23,736 nt of DNA from Candidatus Zixiibacteriota bacterium (GTDB taxonomy: Bacteria; Zixibacteria; MSB-5A5; GN15; FEB-12). The notes under the pieces were generated by a model. It was not told the DNA's origin. It ran no database searches and saw only the letters and a list, made by a program, of their open reading frames with translations. The translations under genes and the position numbers were made by a program. The stretch is from NCBI GenBank assembly GCA_041742355.1, contig JBGSIV010000063.1, positions 1-23,736 of the forward strand, read 5' to 3'. This document shows positions 17,571-23,736 of this stretch, piece by piece. How positions within the stretch are numbered: the first letter of the stretch is position 1; the number at the start of each line of letters is the position of its first letter.

Positions 17571-17924
17571 TGGGTTCGTTTTGTCCTCGGCCGATGTGGA
17601 TATCGGCCGCGCACAAGCTGTGCCGTGTACGGCACCGCAGGGTCACACGCTCTCCCTCGCGCCGCTCGGGGTCGCGCAAGACCCTGCGGAACGGGGACGA
17701 GGTAATTGGGTTCGTTTGAGCAAGTGAGGGTTGGCGACGATGTCGGGTTTCTCGGAGCTTCGCTCCTCGGAACACAGACCTACTCTCAGGACCAATTGGG
17801 TTTGTTTGCGCAGTTTCCCGTGTGTGTTCATAGCTCTCCGGTGTCTTTCCATGGTTGACGCACAGTCGGGTTTCTCGGGGCTGACGCCCCTCGGAACACC
17901 GACCTACGGCTGGGTTCGTTTTGG
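17571..17924. repeat. Four direct copies of TGGGTTYGTTT
   Basis: Copies start at 17571, 17707, 17797 and 17911 (spacings 136, 90 and 114 nt). Confidence 0.8.
17742..17907 (-). repeat. Two GTAG-type REP-like elements (family C)
   Basis: 17742-17783 and 17865-17907; minus-strand GTAGGTCkGTGTTCCGAGGrGCG..AGCyCCGAGAAACCCGAC with a compensatory A-T/G-C change in the inner stem. Confidence 0.85.
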
Positions 17925-17957
17925 TTAAGCTCAGCATACCGATGTCCTGGGCGTGAC

Positions 17958-18412
17958 TGGACCCCGGCCTCCGGTGGGGTGACAGAAGGGGAGCCGGGGT
18001 GACTCGTAGTTGACTCTGGCCGCACATTTGCCCTGCCTCTCCTCTTGCCGACACGCTGCACCTCCTATTGCCCTATTCACGCTGCTGATTAGCTGCCGTA
18101 CACTCTGTCTTATACTTACTGTGGACCATGGGGCAATCTCCATCAGTTTGCATGTGATTTTGCACAGGGGGGCAGGTCGCGCGGCGCGACATTTTGGAGT
18201 CAGAACCGCAGGGGTTTTGAACTCCGGAGTCATGCACGCAGAGCCGTGGTTGACCTGCCGGAAGAGAGATTGCTTCGCTACGCTCGCAATGACAGTGCCC
18301 GGCCGTTCGTTCGAGTCAGTGGTTAGATTTGTCTCAATCGATCCCACAGCAAGCTGTGGGCTACCCGTTACAGGGAGAAAAGGCATGGATTCCGGCTTTC
18401 GCCGGAATGACA
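17958..18412 (-). repeat. GTCA/CGTC-type palindromic repeats (families D and E)
   Basis: TGGACCCCGGCCTCCGGTGGGGTGACA (17958-17984), GAGATTGCTTCGCTACGCTCGCAATGACA (18266-18294) and TGGATTCCGGCTTTCGCCGGAATGACA (18386-18412). All begin TGTCA on the minus strand. Confidence 0.75.
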
Positions 18413-18469
18413 GTATCAATGAGTTCGTGTAGGTCAATGGCAGGAGTCTGAGGGACTCCTGCCCTACAA
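18340..18469 (-). repeat. GTAG-type REP-like pair A1+B1, left of the methyltransferase
   Basis: A1 GATCCCACAGCAAGCTGTGGGCTAC (18340-18364); B1 CGTGTAGGTCAATGGCAGGAGTCTGAGGGACTCCTGCCCTACAA (18426-18469). Confidence 0.85.
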
Positions 18470-18481
18470 AGACCATGTTCT

Positions 18482-19204
18482 CTACTTCTTCTTTAGCACG
18501 TAGATGGTCCAGGGGGGGAGGCGGGTTTCGTTCACCCAGGCGAAGGGTTCGGAGTCCAGCGCGAGCGGGGAGTAGGTTTGGACAAGATTGAGGGAGGATT
18601 GGGCGTAGAGCGAGCGGTACAACTCGTCGTCGCAGAGGATATCGTCGACGGGGCGCTGGTCGGGGACATCGAGCATCCGGGTGCGGACGATATCGCCGTT
18701 TTTCGCGGCCTGGTTTTCGGGGAAGTCCTTGGTCGAGAACGAGGCCCACTCGTGTTTGTAGATCTCCGGTGAGGAGACGACGCTGACGAGGCATCCGGTG
18801 GGGCGGAGGATGCGGGCGAACTCGCGGAAGTTGCGCAGTTTGTCTTCGGCGTGGCCGACGTTGTCGAAAGTGAACATCGAGAGGATCAGGTCGAAGGAGG
18901 AATCGTCGAAGAGGCCGAGGTCGCCGGGGGGGATGAGGCGGAAGTCGCCGCCGGGGTCGAGGCGGCGGGCCTGGGCGAGCATGCTTTCGGAAATGTCTAC
19001 GCCGGTGGTGTCGTAGCCAAGTTTGCGCAGGAAGCGGGTGGAGCGGCCGGCGCCGCAGCCGAAGTCGAGGGCGCGCCTTCCGGTGACATGGGCGGCGCAG
19101 ATGGCGGGGATGTCGCGAAAGGCGAGGTAGTAGGTGCCGGGGAATTCGAGCCGGGCGTAGGAGTCGGCGCGGTGGGGGTCGGAGTAGACGTTTTCGAAGG
19201 GCAT
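18482..19204 (-). CDS. Class I SAM-dependent methyltransferase
   Basis: ALDFGCGAGRS motif I, GVDISESML, FDLILS, RILRPTG. Confidence 0.93.
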   Translation of the reverse strand: MPFENVYSDPHRADSYARLEFPGTYYLAFRDIPAICAAHVTGRRALDFGCGAGRSTRFLRKLGYDTTGVDISESMLAQARRLDPGGDFRLIPPGDLGLFDDSSFDLILSMFTFDNVGHAEDKLRNFREFARILRPTGCLVSVVSSPEIYKHEWASFSTKDFPENQAAKNGDIVRTRMLDVPDQRPVDDILCDDELYRSLYAQSSLNLVQTYSPLALDSEPFAWVNETRLPPWTIYVLKKK

Positions 19205-19242
19205 GAGGTGTCTTTCATTCGGGCAACGGATTCGAAATCAGG

Positions 19243-19326
19243 GATCCCACTGCAAGCTGTGGGGTACACGTTGTCCTATAATGCCGTGTAAGTCAATGTC
19301 AGGACCGCAAGGGTCCTGACCTACAA
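19243..19326 (-). repeat. REP-like pair A2+B2, right of the methyltransferase
   Basis: A2 GATCCCACTGCAAGCTGTGGGGTAC (19243-19267; 23/25 identical to A1); B2 CGTGTAAGTCAATGTCAGGACCGCAAGGGTCCTGACCTACAA (19285-19326). Confidence 0.85.
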
Positions 19327-19431
19327 GAAGAGCAATCGCACTCGACAACTCGCAGCAAGTCGCGGGGTTCTCGTGCCTATTCTAAGGAGGAGGAATACTC
19401 CCTGTCAACAGCCCAATTGTCACTAGCCCAA

Positions 19432-19851
19432 TCAAGCCAATGACGCTTTGACGTTTCTTCCGAGAGTAGCAGCCGCACGGACGGCGGCATCTGCTTCGGC
19501 ATCGGATATCTCCTCAAGGGCATCGTACATGGCGGAGTGGCGCAACTTGCGGATCTTATGCAGAAGCTTGATCGTCTCCGCAGGGAGGTCGGGAATGGTG
19601 TAGGTCAGGGAATCGATAGTGCGTTCGTGTTCCCGTTCGTGAGACGGCCGGTAGCCTTGGGCGTAGAGAGCGGCGCGAGCGAATCGCAGGGCGGCGGTGT
19701 AGGCCATGTTCAATCGCCAACCGGCAGATACTTCCCCAATCCCGGCGTTGCGGAGATCCTCGTCCGCACTCTTAAGCAGGCTCGCGATTTCTTCAGCGCT
19801 GCTTTCGTGTGCGTGCAGCCACCGGTTGTTCAGCCAATCCTCCAAGGTCAT
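19432..19851 (-). CDS. HEPN-domain protein (putative toxin of an MNT-HEPN pair)
   Basis: All-helical 139 aa; AYTAALRFARAALYAQGYRP...H and RKLRHSAMYD (Rx4Y variant); lies downstream of the MNT gene. Confidence 0.75.
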   Translation of the reverse strand: MTLEDWLNNRWLHAHESSAEEIASLLKSADEDLRNAGIGEVSAGWRLNMAYTAALRFARAALYAQGYRPSHEREHERTIDSLTYTIPDLPAETIKLLHKIRKLRHSAMYDALEEISDAEADAAVRAAATLGRNVKASLA

Positions 19852-20410
19852 CTTCCCCTCCTATCACGAATTCACGGCTCGATGCCAGGACCGATTGCAC
19901 GAAGTGGTTCTTCTGTGCGAGTTTCTTCTTGAGCTCAGCGGCGGAAAGAAGGTGAGGATTGATCTCGCGGGCAATCACATTTTCGAGGGGGGAGAGAGTT
20001 GCGACGATGTCTTCGAGGCGGGCGGAGCCGATGATGAAGAGGTCGATGTCACTGGCGGCGGTTTCGTCGCCGCGCGCGAAGGAACCGTAGACGAACGCGC
20101 AGGTGATTTCGGGAGCCAGCGGCTGGAGGGCGTCGCGGATCTGGCCGACTACGCCGAACGTCTTGAAGACGATGTTGCGGAGATCGGGGAAGATCGGGTT
20201 GGCCTTGTTGGCGGAATAGAATTTCTGGCGGCCGCGGGTAACGACTGAGAGGATGCCGGAGTCGGCGAGGGTCTTGAGTTCGCGCTGGACGACGCCCTGG
20301 CGGGTGCCGGTGAGGCGGACGACCTCGGAGAAGTAGAAGTTGCGGTCGGTGTTGAGGAAGAAGAGGGCGAGGAGTTTGCGTTTGGTGCCGGGGAAGAGGG
20401 CGTTTATCAT
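19793..20410 (-). CDS. Minimal nucleotidyltransferase with N-terminal winged HTH (putative antitoxin)
   Basis: FVYGSFARGDETAASDIDL (GS-x10-DxD); HTH FYFSEVVRLTGTRQGVVQRELKTL; AGGTGGA RBS before ATG 20410. Confidence 0.88.
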   Translation of the reverse strand: MINALFPGTKRKLLALFFLNTDRNFYFSEVVRLTGTRQGVVQRELKTLADSGILSVVTRGRQKFYSANKANPIFPDLRNIVFKTFGVVGQIRDALQPLAPEITCAFVYGSFARGDETAASDIDLFIIGSARLEDIVATLSPLENVIAREINPHLLSAAELKKKLAQKNHFVQSVLASSREFVIGGEDDLGGLAEQPVAARTRKQR

Positions 20411-20424
20411 AGTTCCACCTTTCG

Positions 20425-20470
20425 TACCCAATTTAGGTATGAATGTACCCAAATTGGGTAAGGTTGTCAA
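20425..20470 (-). promoter_or_regulatory. Sigma70 promoter overlapped by two palindromic operators
   Basis: TTGACA (20470-20465)-N17-TACATT (20447-20442); palindromes TACCCAATTTAGGTA (20425-20439) and TACCCAAATTGGGTA (20446-20460), 21 bp apart. Confidence 0.8.
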
Positions 20471-20738
20471 GGGGGAATGAAATCCCAAGGGCGCATGGAG
20501 GATTCGCCTCGAAATCCCAACTGGGCCATTGAAGTGTACAATAGCTGGTTAATGATTAGCCTTTGCAATCCGAAAAATCCGATATATATTCCCATCACTT
20601 GGGTACAAGAATTGGTTGTAGTTTTTGCAGTGAACTGGCTTCTGGGTTGCCACAGTACAGACATCTCGGTGGAGGGTTGAGAAACTTGATTTACGAGCCT
20701 TCGCGTTACCGGTATCTCAAATCGTCGACAGGAGTACT

Positions 20739-21404
20739 ATGAGCACCTCTTTCAATTTCAAGAGCATAGTGGTCATAGGGAGCTTTAACCCGACTATTCT
20801 GACACCTGACTTCCTACTTGGCTGTTGCGAGTTCAAATCGGATCACAAGCCAGTGGGACGAACAACTCCAGTGGCTTCTGAGATAGTGTATGGCAGTACC
20901 CACTTTCTTGTTGAGCTTGGCAAGTTTCAAATCACAGAATCTCACCCCGGATCATTTGAGGATACCTTTCCCAACGAGACTGCGGTTAGGTATTTGGATA
21001 CTCTTCGGTACACGCCACTGCAGCTTGCGGGCTTGAACTTCAATACATCCCTTGCAGTCCAGAGTTTGCCTAGAGTGCGTGAAGTCATTGGAGACATTTG
21101 GTCAATTGGAGAGAAGCTTGACATTGACATTCTCAATGCTACCGTCATAGCTCGTAGGCCCAATGGACATGGGTTAATTGCGACTGAAGCAACATTAGTC
21201 CATATGCTGGATGCAGACCTAAAGAACCAAATTCGCGTAATAACAGAAGATGAGAAAGTTGTCGTGAACAACAACTTTGAAATTGGGCATTTAGAAGAAG
21301 ATCGAGATCGCCTGAAGATCCTGTTTGACAAGTATTCAGACATAGTACGTTATAACACTGAGCTATTAAAGAAGATAGAGGACTTGAGCTTTGAGCACGA
21401 TTAG
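20739..21404 (+). CDS. Hypothetical protein (possibly TIGR04255-like), first gene of the low-GC operon
   Basis: AGGAG RBS at 20730-20734; SIVVIGSFNPTILTPDFL, TPLQLAGLNF and VVVNNNF motifs. The family assignment is from memory and unverified. Confidence 0.7.
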   Translation: MSTSFNFKSIVVIGSFNPTILTPDFLLGCCEFKSDHKPVGRTTPVASEIVYGSTHFLVELGKFQITESHPGSFEDTFPNETAVRYLDTLRYTPLQLAGLNFNTSLAVQSLPRVREVIGDIWSIGEKLDIDILNATVIARRPNGHGLIATEATLVHMLDADLKNQIRVITEDEKVVVNNNFEIGHLEEDRDRLKILFDKYSDIVRYNTELLKKIEDLSFEHD

Positions 21405-21831
21405 TGACCGAATAAATCACGTCGTTTCGACGGGTAGTACACAGACACCTGTCGAGAGTGCCATTGACTTGCAGTCTATCGGAAGGGACTTGATCTATCA
21501 GCGGTATTGGGTACATACACAAACCACGGCCCCCGATACGGATCCGTTGCAGTGGACAGTCTTCGATCTCTACGCCCCTACGTGCCGCACTTCGGATTAT
21601 GCTGATTTTGGATGGACGGTTCTATCTCGCCATTACGGAAAGGTAGAAGTACCACCTGGTGAAGCTAGATTGGATGAGAATTTCAAGTACCTCGCTCGGC
21701 GCGTCTCTCGCAGGATTGAAGAGGCCAGTCGGGACGAGCACTTATTTCCCGAAGAGGATTACCGGGTCGATGGCATGATGATCAACTGGGAGCGCGCTGA
21801 AGAGCTGTACCGCAAAATATACGGGCAATGA
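21391..21831 (+). CDS. Hypothetical protein, second gene of the low-GC operon
   Basis: GAGGA RBS at 21378-21382 before a TTG start; overlaps both neighbours. Confidence 0.6.
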   Translation: MSTISDRINHVVSTGSTQTPVESAIDLQSIGRDLIYQRYWVHTQTTAPDTDPLQWTVFDLYAPTCRTSDYADFGWTVLSRHYGKVEVPPGEARLDENFKYLARRVSRRIEEASRDEHLFPEEDYRVDGMMINWERAEELYRKIYGQ

Positions 21832-22442
21832 CACGCACACCTTCTGAGCATAGCATACTCACTGTCGAGGACGTTACTCAAGATTTCTATTTACTGGACT
21901 GTAACGCCCACGTCGAGCAATCGGCAATTTATGGAGAGGTCACATTTTCTGCCCTTGGGGTTGCCAGCCTTGGAATCGTGCTAACCGCTCAGTGCGATAT
22001 AGAAGATGCGGCGAGCACTAATTATCTTTTAGTCGCCCGTGTGGTCCCAATGGGAATGATCTTCGCCACTTGGTTAGAGAGAAAAGGCTATTCTGAGGGC
22101 GAAATGCGTGGAGATGTGCCGATAGGCCCAGAGAGGGCCAAGTGCAATTCTCTATTTAGGGAGTTCAGCGAAACGTATCTGCGAAACAAAGCGCTGAAGT
22201 ACTACCTTCTGCCTGCCTTGGATGGCAAGTTTGCGACATCCGTAATCTCGTTCGAAATCACTCAGTGCACTCAGATCCAGTCTATAGAACGACTGCCAAA
22301 GCTGTGTGTACTTCGATCTCCTTTCAGAGAAGCAGTCCCTGCTCATTATTCTGCGTACATCGGACGAGTAGGTACGCCGAGACTGAGTGACGACTACCTG
22401 AGAGCAGAATTCAACTCGTTCTGCAAGATGAAGGATCGTTAG
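21828..22442 (+). CDS. Hypothetical protein with a TAQCD motif and a C-terminal LRSPFRE...RVG motif
   Basis: ATGA overlap with the previous gene; GIVLTAQCDI, YYLLP, LRSPFREAVPAHYSAYIGRVGTP. Confidence 0.75.
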   Translation: MTRTPSEHSILTVEDVTQDFYLLDCNAHVEQSAIYGEVTFSALGVASLGIVLTAQCDIEDAASTNYLLVARVVPMGMIFATWLERKGYSEGEMRGDVPIGPERAKCNSLFREFSETYLRNKALKYYLLPALDGKFATSVISFEITQCTQIQSIERLPKLCVLRSPFREAVPAHYSAYIGRVGTPRLSDDYLRAEFNSFCKMKDR

Positions 22443-22491
22443 GGTCAGTGTTCTTTGCTCTTCTGGCTACGACACATGCTTGATCTCCCCC

Positions 22492-23736
22492 CTACAACCT
22501 CCCCTTCACCCACTCTTCTAAACCGCCCTCAAGCACCAGTTCTTGGGCGGCGGCGCCGACCGGATCGATGCTGTAGGTTTTGCCATCGAATTTCAAACTA
22601 ACGTGCGCGAAATCAACAGTGGCTTCGGTCTCGGTGATGACGGTCAGCTTCGATTGCGTCAGGAGGTCGCCGGCGGTGCGGGCTTTGAGATCCTTCACCA
22701 ACTCGGGGCACTCGATCGCGAGGAAGCCGTTATTCAGCGCGTTACGCTTGTAGGTCTCGCTGAAGCTCCCGGCGACAACACAGGCGATGCCGCGGTACTT
22801 CAACGCGGTAGCGGCCTGCTCGCGCGATGAGCCGGTGCCGAAGTTGAACCCGCCGACGAGAATGTCGCCGGTCTTGACGAGCTTGCCGAATTCGGGATCG
22901 TAGTTTTCCATTACGACGGCGGCCATCTGCTCGTGAGTGAGGTCATCGACATAGGTGTACTTGCCGGGGTAGATGCCATCAGTGTTGAGGTTGTCCTGCG
23001 GGCAGAAAGCGAGGCGGCCGGTGATTTTGGTCGGGAAGCCCTTGATGATCGAGACGGAGGCGGCGGCGCCCTCGGGTTTCTTGTTCACCTTGATTGTCCC
23101 GGCGGCCGGTTTGGCCATCATTTCCTCGGGGCCGGTGATGTAGCCGGCGATCGCGCTGGCGGCGACGACAGCCGGAGACGCCAGATACGCCTCTGCGGAG
23201 GGCGAGCCCATGCGGCCTTTGAAATTGCGGTTGGTGGCGCTGATGCCGACCTCGTTGTCACCGAGCAACCCTTTGCCGAGGCCGATGCACGGGCCGCAGC
23301 CGGGGGGTAATACGAGAGCGCCGGATTCGACGAGGGCCTGCCAGTCGCCCCGGCGTTCGCTCTCGGCCTGGACCTCGGAGGAGGCGGGGGAGATGTAGAA
23401 CTCGACACCCGCCGCGACTTTTTTGCCGCGCACGACCGCGGCGGCCTCGGCGAGATCGGTCACGCGGCTGTTGACGCAGGAGACCAAGTAGGCTTTGTGG
23501 ATGCGCTTCTTCTGCTTCGCCATGTCGGTCACGGAGGTCATGACTTTGACATGGTTGGGGCCGCTGATGTGCGGGGTGACGGTCGACAGGTCGAGCGACA
23601 GCTCTTTGGCATAGAAGGCGTCGGGGTCGGAGGTGGGACGGTTCATGCGGAGCTGGTCGAGGCGGGCCATGTTGAGGCGCGGGTGCGCGCCGTTGGCGTC
23701 GGCATCGGAGGGGACTCTGGCGAGACCGCGCTTGGC
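22492..23736 (-). CDS. lysF: Homoaconitase, fused large and small domains, fungal Lys4/LysF type (5'-truncated by the window edge)
   Basis: The frame is open to 23736. Fe-S Cys motifs AYLVSCVNSR and GCGPCIGLG, ISATNRNFKGRMGS, and an in-frame swivel domain DNLNTDGIYPGKYTY...NFGTGSSREQAA. Confidence 0.88.
   Translation of the reverse strand, partial: AKRGLARVPSDADANGAHPRLNMARLDQLRMNRPTSDPDAFYAKELSLDLSTVTPHISGPNHVKVMTSVTDMAKQKKRIHKAYLVSCVNSRVTDLAEAAAVVRGKKVAAGVEFYISPASSEVQAESERRGDWQALVESGALVLPPGCGPCIGLGKGLLGDNEVGISATNRNFKGRMGSPSAEAYLASPAVVAASAIAGYITGPEEMMAKPAAGTIKVNKKPEGAAASVSIIKGFPTKITGRLAFCPQDNLNTDGIYPGKYTYVDDLTHEQMAAVVMENYDPEFGKLVKTGDILVGGFNFGTGSSREQAATALKYRGIACVVAGSFSETYKRNALNNGFLAIECPELVKDLKARTAGDLLTQSKLTVITETEATVDFAHVSLKFDGKTYSIDPVGAAAQELVLEGGLEEWVKGRL

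Noticed and set aside
17571..17924. CRISPR array
   Set aside because: The repeat is only 11-15 nt, spacing is irregular and long, the intervals share sequence, and no cas genes are present.
17494..18794. ORFs across the repeat region (186, 287 and 140 aa, with recurring TNPI/QNEP peptides)
   Set aside because: The peptides are translations of the DNA repeats in different frames, with no recognisable domain or RBS.
18340..22480. Integron cassette array or IS element
   Set aside because: No attC-type RYYYAAC/GTTRRRY boxes were recognised, and no integrase, transposase or target-site duplication was found.

Overview
GC-rich (about 60-65% by eye) chromosomal window from a diderm bacterium. The gene content is FCB-like and could fit Zixibacteria, but that is inference only. 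In order, it holds a 5'-truncated TonB-dependent receptor, a VOC protein, a GT-C glycosyltransferase, a TetR-regulated TolC/HlyD/2xATPase/2xpermease (YbhGFSR-like) ABC efflux operon, a small membrane protein, a secreted protein, a GDPD/GT87 pair and an MmgE/PrpD dehydratase. An accessory segment follows at about 15.3-22.45 kb. It contains (i) an OmpA-like gene with reversed domain order, coupled to a putative lipoprotein with 30 Asp-Thr repeats; (ii) a dense, strand-polarised cluster of several REP-like hairpin families plus a recurring TGGGTTYGTTT motif; (iii) a repeat-flanked SAM methyltransferase; (iv) an MNT-HEPN toxin-antitoxin pair with a clear promoter and operator; and (v) a low-GC three-gene operon of unknown function. 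The window ends inside a fused, fungal Lys4-type homoaconitase. No rRNA, tRNA, CRISPR array, transposase or integrase was recognised. All family calls come from motif recognition, not database searches.
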